Positions 11,169 to 24,000 of a stretch of DNA of 64,000 nt are shown here, piece by piece. The stretch is from Marsupella aquatica. Its lineage: Eukaryota > Plantae > Marchantiophyta. Positions within the stretch are counted from its first letter, which is position 1; each line of letters starts with the position of its first letter. The position numbers were made by a program, and so were the translations under genes. The notes under the pieces were generated by a model. That model did no database searches. It saw only the letters and a program-made list of their open reading frames with translations, and was not told the DNA's origin. The stretch is from positions 581,573-645,572 of the forward strand of contig OZ316899.1 of assembly GCA_973895155.1 (NCBI GenBank). The letters are read 5' to 3'.

Positions 11169-14100
11169 TAGCTCCCCACTTAAGTGTGAAGCGTCCTCGC
11201 GAACATCATTACGCTCGTTGTCCTGATGAAAGTACCTCTTCACACGATCGTAACTAACTCGATTGGGAAAGAGGTCGCCAGCGTACGTTGATAGTTGTAG
11301 GGATCCGTTCAGGTACATCTGCTGGACAACGAAAGGTCCTAGCCAGCGTGTGTGTAACTTTCCTGGAAAGTACATGTACCTACTGTCGTACAGAAGGACA
11401 AGATCTCCCGCAGTGATGTCCACCTGGCGCAGTCCCTTGTCGTGCTGTTTCTTCGTTGCTTCTTGCTTAGCTGCCACGCGTTGCGATGCCCACAATCTGT
11501 GTTCTTCTAGACTGTCGATCTTATATGCTCGATCGGACAAACTAGCGGCCTCCGATAGTCTGTGGCGGATGCGCACCCGGGGGGTCTCGACCTCGAACTC
11601 GACGGGTACTAGCGCATGTTGTCCGAATACCAAGAAATACGGACTATGGTTTGTAGTGGTCTTGAACGCCAAGTTGTACGAATAGACCGCCGCGAAAAGC
11701 TTGTCGTCCCAGTCTGTTTTGTGGGCTGCCACGGTTTTGTTGAGGATTTTCCCTACAATGCCATTAGCCCGCTCTGCTAGTCCGTTACATTTGGGATGAT
11801 AAGGAGTAGTCTTCCTGTGCTTGACGAGGTAACGGTCAGTCAGTTTTTCCACCGTTTCGTTCAAAAAATGAGTCCCGCAGTCGTTGACTAATTCCAAGGG
11901 AGGTCCGAAGCGGGTGAAGATCTGTTCGTACAGGAACCTGGCAGTGGTGGCCGCGTCATCCTTAACCGTTGCCCGGGCCTCGACCCATTGAGTCGAGTAG
12001 TCGATAGCCAGAAGGATGTACCGGCAACGCCGACCTCGGGTTACCGGAGTGAATGGTCCGATATAATCGATGCCCCATTTCTCAAACGGGGCAAGGGGAA
12101 AGATTGGAGTTAGAGGATGATTACCCGATCTGTGAGGTTTGCCTGCGCGCTGACATAAGTCACACCCTCGGATAAAATGGGCTACGTCGTGATGAAGCGT
12201 GGGCCACCAATAACCTGCGTCCAAGATTTTGTGAGCCATGGTGAAGTGTCCTCCTGCCTCTTCCTCGTGCATAGCTCGCATGACAATGATCGTCTCGTTA
12301 TAGTCTAGGCATCTGCGGATTTTCCCATCGACGCCTTCCTTATGCAGATGTCCGCGGATCATCATGTATGGTGCGGCCTTGCGGAGAAAGACCGACGCGG
12401 CCTCTTGGTTTATGTTACTTGGAATGCGGGCCATTAAGAGGAAGGTGATTAGGTCCCCATACCATGTTGGTTGGTCCGTTTCTACGCGGAATAATTCCTC
12501 ATCCGGGAATGCATCATCGACAGGTGCGTCGTCCGACTCCCCTTCGATCCTTGAGAAGAAGTCCGCATTTACGTGAGCTTTCCCTGGTCGCACCCTGACT
12601 TCGTAGTTAAATTCTTGGAGCAGCAGGACCCAACGGGCTATTCTCCCTGTTAAGTCTGCTTTGTTTACCATGTACTTCAGGCTGTCATGGTCAGTATGGA
12701 ATACTACCTTATACCCCAATAGATAATGGCGAAACTTTTTACACGAGTAGATGATTCCCAAGGCCTCCCGATCGGTGGGCGAATAGTTTTTCTCTGCGGC
12801 AAACAGTTGTCGACTCGCGAAGTAAATGGGGTGGTCACGTTTTTCGTCGTCCAATTGGCTTAGGACTGAGCCGATGCAGAACCCAGACACGTCGAGATAC
12901 ACTTGGAACTCCTTGTTCCAATCGGGGGTAGTCAGAATTGGAGCCATCGTGAGCTGGTTTTTTAGTTCGTCAAAGGCTGATTTTCGACGGGGAGTCATTT
13001 CTATGACCGCGTCTTGCTTCATCATTTCCGTAAGGGGTAGGGCTATCTTAGCAAAATCCTGAATGAATCATCGGTAGTATCCTACGCAACCTAAGAAGGA
13101 TCGCACCGCCTTCTGGTCTGCTGGGTAAGGGACGTTCATCCATGCGGCCACCTTCTCCTGGTCCACCTCGATCCCCCGTTTGGACACTCGGTGTCCAAGT
13201 AGCACTCCTTCCGTTACCCCGAAGAAGCATTTGCTCGGGTGTAATTTCAACCCTACTTCCCGGCACCGCTCCAAAGTCCGCCTCAGATGTTCTGGGTGCT
13301 GGGCGATTGTTCCGAAGATGGCAAAATCGTCTATGAACACCTCCAAAAATTCTCGTAAGAAGTCATGAAAAATATTCATAATGATTCGCTGGAACATAGC
13401 CGGGGCATTGCATAAGCCAAAGGGCATCCGCCTGAACGCGTAGGTTCCCCACTCGGTTATGAACGTGGTTTTGAGCTGGTCCGATAGTCTGATCCAAATC
13501 TGGTTATAACCTGAATATCCATCTAGGAACGTGTACACCTCATTTCGGGCTACCATGTCAAGGACCATATCCGTGTAAGGTAGCGGGTAATGGTCTTTCC
13601 GAGTAGCGTCGTTGAGCTTCCGATAGTCTTGGCATATTCGAATTTTAGGTTTTCCATCAGGCCCTACCTTCTTAGGAACCACCACAATGGGGGACACCCA
13701 TTCGCTAGATAAGACGGGGTAGATGATGTCCGCCACGATCAGTTGATCCAACTCCTCCTTTACCAAGACGGAATGTCTTGGGTTTAGTCTTCGTTGCCTT
13801 TCTCGGACGGCATGAGCACCCAAGTTTAGATCGATGACGTGTTCGCCATAGGCCGGTGAAATCCCGGTTAAGTCTCGGTGACTCCATGCGAAGACGTCCT
13901 CATATTCCGATAGGAGTTCTTGGATGGCCTTTTCCTCTGGCGCTCGTAGGCCATAACCGACGTTGAATGTTCTCTCCCTCTTGGTGGTGTACCTGCCATA
14001 GGATTCCTTGCGGATTACCTCCACATGGTCTCTGGTGGCCCGGTCAAGGTGAGCTTCCAATTCCTCTAGTCTGGTGCCATCGTAGGCCACAGGTTCCCAA

Positions 14101-17078
14101 ACTGTCGGCTGGTCCTTTGGGAGTTCCTTGGGTTCCTTTATTACGGACGGAATCTCGGGGCTCCAGGTAACCTTTTTCTTTGCGGGAGGAGTGACGCTCT
14201 GAGTAGCGTTTTCCTCGGGTATACCGGGTAAGGCCAGCCGGCCAACTGCCTTCGTAGGACTCACCCTGTCGGGGAATGCTCCGCCCGTTGCCGCATCATC
14301 TCCTTCTGGTTTCCTGGGTGCTTCGATTTGGGCCGCTGGTCTCGGCTGGTTCAGAATATGGGCTTCTCGGACGGCATTTACCCCGAAGACTTCTTCTTCT
14401 GAGATGTCCTCCTCCGAGTCATATTCTTCGGGTCCCTGGGGCGTCTCGCCCTGGTAGTCTTCTTCCTTCCAGGACACCGTCGTAGTCGGGTTACCGAATC
14501 GTAATTCCTTCCTTCCCCAGTCGGTAACGACTCGGGCACCGTATAACCAGGGTCTACCCAGCAGTACTGGATAAGAAGAGGGTCAGACGGGTCGCATCAC
14601 CAGGTAATTTAGAAAGAACTCGAGGCCTCCAATCCACGTGGATATCTTGGTTAACGTCCCCAGTGGCATGATCCTGGCGCCGTTTGCTAACCGAATGGCG
14701 CGCGCCGTGGGTTGATAAGATGTATATCCCAACCTTACGGAAGTGTCCTCTATCATGATGTTTACACCGGACCCGCCGTCTATCGGTACAAACCGAACAG
14801 TACAGCCCGCTATCTCGATAGAGACTTCCGGCGCTCCTAAGTCCTGGTAAATCATCATACAGTCGGCTAAGGTGCTTACCCGAGGTAGCCGTCGCCTCCT
14901 CTTTCCTATCAGCATCTCCTTGAGTTGTTGCCTATACTTCGGGTTATCTTGCAATAGTTGTCCGACAGTGGCTGTGGCTGCACAGTTCTGAACATCCTTT
15001 TTGATGTCGTATTGGTTAGACGGTGGGGTCGCAGATTTTACTGCTTCTGCTCCCTTGACTTCAGTTTGCAAGGCAATCTCAGCTTCCTCGGCTTCTTCGG
15101 CCGCCTTAGCATTGGCAATATCCTTCTTAATGGCTTTCTCGTGCTCTTGGGCTTCGTAGGCTTCCAATTGCTTTTTGACCAGTTCCTCTACTCGTGGGTA
15201 GAATAACTTCGGGTTATCCCGCTGGTAGTCTTCCAGCTCGTCTGGTTCCATTGGACTATTCTTATCTGCGACCGCCTCTTTCTGCTGGGCATCCTTCCGA
15301 TCTCGTTCTTTGTACTTATCCTTCTTGCGGGATGATCGGGTAGAAACGCGATAGCACTCGTCGTCCGCGTGCGTTCCCATTTGCTCGACTGCCTCTATGA
15401 GATCGATCCATTCGGTGGAGTCGTCCTGCCATTCCATTGTTACCATTTGTACTACTGCATCCGTAATTGGTGGGGCCGCAGGTTGAGCAGCTCTGACGGC
15501 GCCGGCCTTCGCGGCTAGCACCAAGGGGCAGTTTAACGTGGAATGTGCTTCGGTTCGACAGACCTGGCACAATGGAAGCGCTCTCCCATCCCCTTGCTTC
15601 CTTTGCTCCGTGCACTCTCGGGCAAAGTGACCAGGTTTCTCGCAATTATAGCAAACCGGGGTCCGCCAAACTCCGGGTTTAGGTGGGATACTTGGATTGC
15701 TGACCATCTGGGGGCCACGCCCATTTACCGGATACGGATAAGGGGTATGGAACCCTGGATTGTGGCCGCTTAGGGTGCGAGGTCCCGTCATACTCATCTG
15801 GAACACCGCCTCACCTGGATCCTCGAAGAAGTACTCCATCGTGCATCCCTCTGGCTCGGACTGTCCGGGCTCCAACTCCATCTGGTGCACGCGAGTGTTC
15901 CATCTTGGACATTCTTGCACCACATGTCCCGACTGATAACACTTGGAGCACCAAGCATGCGCTCGGATTTCCGGTGGTTTCTTCTTGTCCGGAGGTTTTT
16001 CCGCCAAGTGCACCGATAGTGCCTTCAGCCGGTCTATGATTTCGTTCAGCTTTTCTACCTCCGCAGCCTTTGGGTCCGTGGTGACGACTTTGGCTCGCGG
16101 TTTATGTTTACCCGTATCTGACCGTGATCCCTTCTTTCTTCTGTGGTCTCGAGACTCTGACTCGGTCTCGCTGGAGGATGAGCCAGTTGACGTCGGGCTA
16201 TTGGACAGGGAATCACTAGACTCTGAATCAGAGTCTGACGAAGAGCTGGTCCGGCCCTTCTTCTTATGTCTTCGTTTCTTCTTCCTCTTCTTCTCGTCGT
16301 ACTCAGAGTCGGAGTCGCTGAAGGTATGATACCTCCTGCTCTTCTTATGTTTGGTCCTCCTATTAAGCTGAGAGGCGTAGTGCGATTCCCTGAAGGATTC
16401 GGCACTATCAATTGCTTGTTGTAGAGTGGTGGTCTTCTTTTCTAGCACCGAGAACGCCATCCTCTGGGGTAGCGCGTTGACGAACCATTTCCTCAGCAGA
16501 GAGTCATCTGGCTTAGGCCGAATCTTGGCGGCAACCTTCTGGAACCGCTGCAGAAATTTGCGAAGTGAGTCATGCTTACCCATTTGCATTCGCCCGATTT
16601 TTTACAGGGCCCGAGATTCGATCCCGACGGGCCGAAATTCTTGCAAGAACGCCGTTTGGAATTGGCCCCATGTACAACCCGGGGGTTGTAAGTTATACCA
16701 CGGGCGCGCTTCTCCTCATAGTACGCCTGGAAGAATGGTTAGCTTAATGGCTTCCTCACCATTCGCCTTGGCCGTGGCCTTGAACTCAGCTATCCATTCA
16801 TCAGGGTCGTCTGTGGGTCGTCCCTTAAAGGGTCGATAGTGAAACCGGGATCGCTGCGACACGTTCTGAGCCACAGGGGGCCGCAACGCACCTGGTACCT
16901 GCGGGGCTGGTGGAACCGGTGGAGTTCCTCCCGCGATCGGTGCTTGGGTACCCATCACAACACGCGATCCTGCTTGGGAAGCCGAGCTCCCCGCTTCGCC
17001 GGTCGCGGTATTCTCTTCCAACCTTGATGCTCCGTCCGGTTGTTGTAAATACGCAGAACGTGACCGGGTAAGGGGCAT
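11121..17078 (-). pseudogene. Element B gag-PR-RT-RH-INT polyprotein with premature stops and a frameshift
   Basis: ORFs 14583..16589, 13068..14477 and 11121..13025 are co-frame. Three CCHC knuckles, PIDGGSG protease, FIDDFA RT, WGIDYIGP/WLGPF integrase. Frameshift near 16720; stops near 16600, at 14583 and at 13068. Confidence 0.95.
11169..11183 (-). promoter_or_regulatory. PPT of element B
   Basis: TTAAGTGGGGAGCTA directly before LTR start TGTGACAC. Confidence 0.9.
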
Positions 17079-17157
17079 GCCCCTTCCTTCACGTTGAGTA
17101 CAAAATCAAAAGTTACTAGCTCACTACACGGCTCCACTCGTAAGGCAAAATGAGTGC

Positions 17158-17175
17158 CCCCTCCATCTAGCGCCA
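17158..17175 (-). promoter_or_regulatory. Primer-binding site of element B (same tRNA-Asn-like 18-mer as A)
   Basis: CCCCTCCATCTAGCGCCA on the plus strand; 17 nt from the LTR end at 17193. Confidence 0.8.
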
Positions 17176-17192
17176 AAAAACCGGTCGCCGTA

Positions 17193-20100
17193 TGTCGCAC
17201 CCCTACCCTGGGCCTTAAATCCGGGTTAGTGTCGTGGTGCGACCTCGACCACCAGTAGGGGTGAGGGTTTGGGCAAGGAGGTGTGTAGTGACCTTCAATA
17301 GCCCTAAGTCGGGCTAAGCCGCTATACTTACTGGTATAACACTCGCATAATTCGTACTTGTCATAGGTATATTTATTTTCCACCGCTGGAATTTTCCCTC
17401 AGTTAGTGACGCGGACTAACTCCCGACTTGGGGCTTTTCAAGCCATCGACGTGACAGGACCTTGTGACATGCAATGAGTGGCAATCCCTACCATTAGTCC
17501 GCACCCGGTACGTCCCTTAAAATGGCGCCTTTGCCCGGACAAAGCATACACACAACACCAGTTACTCTCAGAAACATTAAGGGGAAAAGACTACATTTAC
17601 TCAGCGAAGCATCAGTTTACATGGTTGACTCGACTTCAAAGGGGGTCAGCAGGCCCAACGGCAGTCGATGCCCAGTCTCTACGAGGCCCTGCCTCGCACT
17701 TGCCCAGCAAGCTCGACTCTGGCTCTCACTCCTTGGTATGCTCTGACCCTACTCAGGCCAGGACTCCCCGTGCCTCGCCTTTCTTCTGCTGAGATAACTA
17801 AGCCTTCTCCCCCTTCCCATTGCGGAAGGGGAAGCCTAAATACTACCATAGCGGAAGAGAACCGGAGGATACTACCTTCCGGGGTACTACCTACTGACTA
17901 ACTAACTGCTGACTACCGGTCGCGCTGCACTGACCGGTTGACCGTCGACTACGAGTGTGCCAACCGGAATGGCAGCGGCCAAGCCTACTGACAAACTCTA
18001 GTCCGTTGATGGACTCAATCCTACGTTGGCTGATCCTAACTGACCGGCCCTAATTCTTCCTACTGCCGCTAATCGGCGCCTAATGACAGTCATTCTGTCG
18101 TTACGCCTAACTAAAAGATGCCGCTGACTTAACCGCCTCGCGCGGCGCCTGCTTCTACCCTTCGCTAACTACCCCTTACGTGTGTGCAGTGGTTGGACCA
18201 GGGCTGGTCCCCTTGTCGGGGCGAGACCTCGAGCCGCCTTGATCAGAGGTGGGCCCAGGTTTTCCCCGCTGGAGGACGAGCAGGGTGACGCGGTCCTGCA
18301 AAGCCTTGTTATCCCGTAATGCTTCCTCCGCCTCGTTTGCAGCTTCATCGGCTTCAGTCTGGAGCCGCGCCACCTCCAAGTTGAGCTGGTCGATGGCGTC
18401 GCGGTGGACCTGGTCCTGCGCTAGCAATTTATCTTGTTCGGCAGAGAGACTAGCCACCTGCTGTGCTGCCTGCAGGAATTGTTTGTTGAGGTCGGTCAGG
18501 CTGGTAACCCGAGCCGAAGATTCTGAGCGTAATTGAAGCACGGTGTCGTCCAGCTTCTTGAGTTCGGCCTGCGCTCCGCTTAACTCCTGGGTTAGTCCGT
18601 CCCTCTGTTCGACAGTGTGGACTAAATCCTCGCGGCGGGTCGTTGCCTCCTCCTCGAGGTGCTCTACCAGCATCTGGAGACGCCCGATCTCATTCCCCTT
18701 CGCCATGAGTTCTTCTTCCAAGCGGCTGACGATCCGTGGTTGGTGCTCTAACATGAAGAAGGCTGGCTGAAAGTACGCCGAGACTTGTTGTCCGATGTAT
18801 GTCGCCAACTCCCCAGACATAGTCTGGCTAAACTTCTGGACCAGGTCGTAGGCCATGGTCCCCGAGGCTACTTGGTAGTCCTCCATCCTCTCGGGTACCG
18901 GTGGTTCCTCGGCAGGGGCAATGAGCTCCTCCGTAGTCAGCGCTCGGGAGGGGAAGGTTTCTTCAGGTGGTGGAGGGATTGGGGGTGGTTGTACTGCAGG
19001 TAGCGGAGGCTCAACGGAAGGAGGCGGTGGAATTTCCACAGGGGGCGGTTGCGGAGTATTAGTCGGGGCTTCCAGCTCGGGGTTTGTCCGAGGGACAGTA
19101 GTCCGCGTAGTCGGGGTTGCCTCCTCTGGGGCGGGGGTGACATTACCCGGGGCTGAGGTGGCCGTATTCTTTCCTCTGGCCTCCCGCCGTGCCTTGTACC
19201 AGGCGAGGATAATGGCGATATGACTCCCCAAGTAAGTCTTCCCTCCAATAGCCATACCACCCTGAGCCCGCTTCAGCTCCCCCGAGAATCTTCGGTAGAA
19301 GAATTGGGCCCAGTTTCGTCGTTTGTACTGTTCCACCTGCACTATCGTGCAGAGGGAAATCTCGGATCGTGGCTCAATCATGTGTAGGGTAGTCCGTATG
19401 AAGTTAAGCCGCTCCATACAGGTTAAGTTGGTGCACGCCCCCTGCTTGTATCCGTTGTCCGTCTTACCCTCGGGTTTGAAGTGCCGCGGCGTATACTCCT
19501 TATCCCAAATTCAGATTTCCACCGGCACCGGCCCGGTTGGTAGGCCAAAAATTTGCGTTAACCGATGCTCCGTGAGTGATAAGGTCTGCCCCGAAACCTT
19601 GGTGGTTGACGCATCAGTGTTGAAATTGGAGATGAACTCACAAATCTCCTTCGGCCCGGCGGCGCACGGCCTCCATAGTAAGTGGGCGAACCGCTCCAAC
19701 TGATGCTCCTTGAGATAGTCCGCATGTTCGAGTTTCTTGATCGCGATCCAGACTACCTCGGGGACGCGGATTACCTGTAATAAGTTGGACTTTGGGTTAT
19801 CCGGGGGCCGTCGGGTCTGGTTGGTCGGGGGGTTTGCCGGGGCAGGTGCAGGCGCGGCGTCAGTCCGTGTTGATTCGGGGGCCGTCGTAGTCCTTGACCG
19901 CTTACGAGGACGCTGTTCGAGTTGCGGACTAGCTCGCTCGGAACCCAAAGAACACTCCGCGTTGATTACTGGACGGACTTGGGACTGGTTCGGCGGTACT
20001 CCGGTGGTCATCGGTTGAGGCGCTGGGGTAGCCATATCCCAGTTGAAGGCGTTGGAGCTTTCCCCGAGGAACGTGAGATTACGCGCCGCTTCCCGTTGTC

Positions 20101-21030
20101 TGCTGATGTCTTCTTGGCGCTTTTCGGCTGCGATCTGCTGGTCTAGGTACCCCGGAATCTTGTCGAACTCCGCTTGAGTAAGCCGCTGGTTGCCCTTCAG
20201 CTTAAAGAACTTAGCTGGAACCTCAAGAATCGCCTCTGCTACCGATCTAAGCCCTTCCTCGCTGAGATATAGTTCGGTGATGTAGTCTCGCAGCTCGTTA
20301 TAGCTAGAATCCCTGGTGATGGCTGTCCTTTCGCAATTAACCAGTGCTACCTTAGTTACCAGCTTTGCGTACCTTTGTTCGTAAGCGGCTTTCTCGGGGC
20401 AAGAGTACCAGTAAGTCTCGGAGAACTTAGCACCTACCTCGCCAAACAAGGTCCAAAATCCCAAGGCTGTGAGGGTCATACTAACCTCGTAGTCCGGTTT
20501 GTTGCGTCCACGTTCCCACCTGGCTGGTCCTTTTTTGCGGAGGCCTCGCTCGTCCTGACTAAATCTCGCCACATTCCGCTCTTCTCCCTCGATAATTTCC
20601 TCGTAAAGGTCGACTGGATTCAATCAAAAAGGCGAGCGGATGGCAGCGTCCGTGAATTCCAAAAAGGTAAACGTGAGCGAATGGCCCGCAGTGCCATCGG
20701 CTCCTCTCTTATGGGGGTGCCCGGACGAGCCCGAGCGTGAGAAGGTCAGGCCGTTTGGTCATTGATAACGAGCTGAAGTCGGCGTCTCGGTCCAAGCGTG
20801 ATTCTTCTAACTGATTTTTACTCCGCTGCCGCCACCGTACCTCGGTCGTGCGTAATAATCCCTTTCCTGAACTCGTAATTATTTGGTTATCTTAACCTAC
20901 TCCTAATCTAATCATAATGGCAACTTGACGGCTATACGTGCTATTCTACGCTATGGCTACGGTCCTAATGACCGTATAAGTCCTAATCTACGACCTGGGT
21001 TCGGTCAAGTGACACGTTACCCGTGTCACA
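17193..21030 (-). repeat. 5' LTR of element B (3838 bp)
   Basis: Direct repeat of 7331..11168, followed by TSD CCTTC. Confidence 0.97.
18176..20623 (-). CDS. Second copy of the LTR-encoded protein of element B (same internal TGA at 19511..19513)
   Basis: Differs from 8314..10761 by five amino acids across the two ORF-track translations. Confidence 0.8.
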
Positions 21031-21035
21031 CCTTC

Positions 21036-24000
21036 CTTCTGGTTGATGTGGGCACTCTTCACACAAGTTAATGCGACACACAAATAGCAAAATGACTCAT
21101 TCTGACTGAGTCATACCATGCACTTGCCATACAAACAGTACATCTCATACACAAGCTCTGCGAACTAAGCCGTGAGGCCAACTCTATTCAGCTCTTAGGC
21201 ATGAGGAAACATGAATATACACAAGGGTCACTGTATGACTAACCGAGAGCTTCTCGTACTACTTGATCCCAGCCCGGCTGGTGCAAACTAAAAACTTGCT
21301 AAAGAAGAGGCCCTGAGCTCCCCGCTGCCCAGGTACTTATCCTGGTAGTGGATCTGCCTAATTCTTTGCAGCGTAAGCCTAATCTACCTAACAGTAATCT
21401 ACTTGCCCGGATCTACCTATGTACAGCAAGGCAGGAGCACAAGTGTTGCTCCTACCAGTGGAACCGCAATCCCACTAAGCTAAGTGTCAGGGCCGCTCCT
21501 GGTCCTGATCCTAATCCTAAACTTGGAGATCAGCGCCCGCCCTGCCCACTCACGCCTCCTCCCTCCACGTCCGCCCTTCCTAAAAGGAACGGCGCCCTTG
21601 CACCGTCACGACACCGGTGGTGGATCCTCAATGGACGCCCCCAACGCTTCCTCCTCAACCACTATCGTAGGTTCGTTTTCTGACAGATTACCTGCCCTTG
21701 ACTGAGTCAACTCTCCATCGGCCTGACTGGGTCCACCATCGGCGTCGGCATTGGCTCGGGAATCATTCTCGGCTACGGCCTCAGCCTCGGCTATGGTCTC
21801 CCCAGCCTGCTCAAGAGGCGGATCTGGGATACTGGCCTCATTACTGAGTAGTTCGGCTTGGGCCGCACCACCCCCACCTGTGATGATAGCGAGATCTATT
21901 GTCGTATTCATGCCGGAGGATGGTGCTGGGTCTACCTCCTTGGTCACCACGGCTTGTGGAGTCGGATTACTCCTTGACCCTGAAGGTTTCCGCTTCTTCT
22001 TCTTTTCTGGTTCGGCAACTGGTCCCTTCCCCTTCCCACTTACTTCCGGCACTGGTGCAGGTGGCGCGGCTTTTTCTTCGGCCAGTACCACTCCTGGTAA
22101 CTTGGTTGCCCCAATTGGAGTTGGGCCTGATGAAGACAAGCACTTAAATACTGCGGCTTGTTTCTTCAGCCGCTCCGTTTGGTTGTCGGCCCGCCGCTGG
22201 AGGTTCTCCATCTTCCTCATGATTTCCTCCAACTCCTCCTGGGTCTCATCCAGGTCCTTGCGCGCCTCCTCTAGTTCCTTCTGGGCTTCCTCCCGTTCTT
22301 TTTTCAAGGTAGTCCTCTCCTCCCGGGTTGCTCTTAGCTCCTTGTCGAGCTCTGCAATGATGACAGACTCCATCTGGTTCATCTTGGCGTAAGTCTGATC
22401 GAGCATCTCGTCCTTCTCCCTTAGGTCGGCCTTGAAGCTGGCCGTCAGGGACGCAAGCTCCTGCTGCAGCGCCATAATCCCTTGATAGGATTTTCCTAAC
22501 TCGGCCTCCTTCTGCTCAAGGGCTCCGCGGATTTTCTTGAGCTCCCCCTTCAACGCCCATTTCTTTCTTTGGGTCTCCGCCATGGCCCGGCTGTTGGCTG
22601 TTATGTGGGCCTCCTCTGTATTCCTCAGCTCTCGCTTCCACTTCTCCCTCTCTTTGATCGTATCGGCCAACTCTCCCTGTGTCTGAGTCAGTTTATCCTT
22701 GATATTCTGATTATCAGCCTGCGCGGTGTCCAACTGCCCCTGCATGATGTTCAGCTCATGCCGTTTAATCCGCAGTTCATCTTGGGCTTTCTTGGCCGCC
22801 CTTAGATCTTCAATCTCGGCTTCCATCCTCCTAAGCCGCCGAATGACCTCGTCCTTCTTGCTTCTCTCTAAAGCCACCGCTTCTTCTAATTGGTGCTTCT
22901 CCAACTGCTCCCTATGGAAAAAGGGTCCTACCTCCAACTCCTCTCCAAAGATGCCGAGCGCAAGTTCTCCACACATCTCACCATACTCCATGGCTCTATT
23001 CTTAGCGTAGGTGGAGTAAGTAGAAGTGATCGGCATCGCCCATCGCGGCCTCTGCTCCCAAGCCGTCTTGCGGATCTCTTCAATCATGGCTAGAGGTTTG
23101 CTTCCTTTTTTGGCTAGCCGCCTGATGTCCTCCGGCCAATCTCCTCCTGGTAAATCCTTTTCCCTAGCCAGGGCTGCCTCCTCTTCCTGCCTGATTCGCT
23201 CCTGAAATTCCTGCGCCGTCTGTTTTATGCCGTCAAAGCTCGGGGGAGCAACATCTGGTGGGGGAGACTCAGGGCTACTCTGCTGGTTGGGGTCCCCTCG
23301 TACTACCCTTGGAAGTGTGGGGACAAACCGGCCACAGGTCCTTACTCCTGGAACGTGATGGTCCGACCCATAGCCGGAGTTATCATGGCTGCAGTCCTCC
23401 ACTGCCTCCTCTATTTCTTGGACGTCCGGCTTCTCCCTCTCCTCTTCGTCGGTAGGAGCTTCAGGCAATTCTGCCTCAGATTCAGAGCTTGAGACTCCCA
23501 CATACATTCAAACACCTGGCTTGGATTCCATCCTGATTCTCTCCTCGTCTCCAACAAAGGGGTTTTCTCTTGTGAGCCGGTGTAGGCCTACCTCTGGAGT
23601 GGTGTTCTGCATTGTTGCCGTTGCCGTTGTCGTTGCCGATGCCGATCTCTTTTCTTTCTCCAGTAGTTTCAGCAGACTCTGCATGCCTGGTTGCTGCATC
23701 GGCAAGTCCTCCTTCCTGGGCCTAAACACCTGCTTGGTCGTAGGGCTAACAGGTGGTTGAGGCTTCTCTGCTACCGGCCTTGGTTCTGGAGCTTCCTCGG
23801 GTGCCCTTACCTGCAGGGGAAGTACTGGGGCAAAAGTCTGACCTCTGGCATACCGGCACAACAGCGGCATGTGATAGCCACGCCGCGACACGTTCCCCAT
23901 GCCGATTACCTGCTACTCCTCCTTTAAGATCTTCTTCAATTGGTTGAGGAGGTACCCGTTGTAGTCCCGGCTTGGGTGTGGCCTCTCTGCCAGATAGACC

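Larger units (their letters stand above)
7331..21030 (-). mobile_element. Gypsy LTR retrotransposon B (13.7 kb, full length, gag-pol disabled), nested in A's 5' LTR
   Basis: LTRs 7331..11168 and 17193..21030 (offset 9862), termini TGTCGCAC...GTGTCACA, 5-bp TSD CCTTC at 7326..7330 and 21031..21035. Confidence 0.97.
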
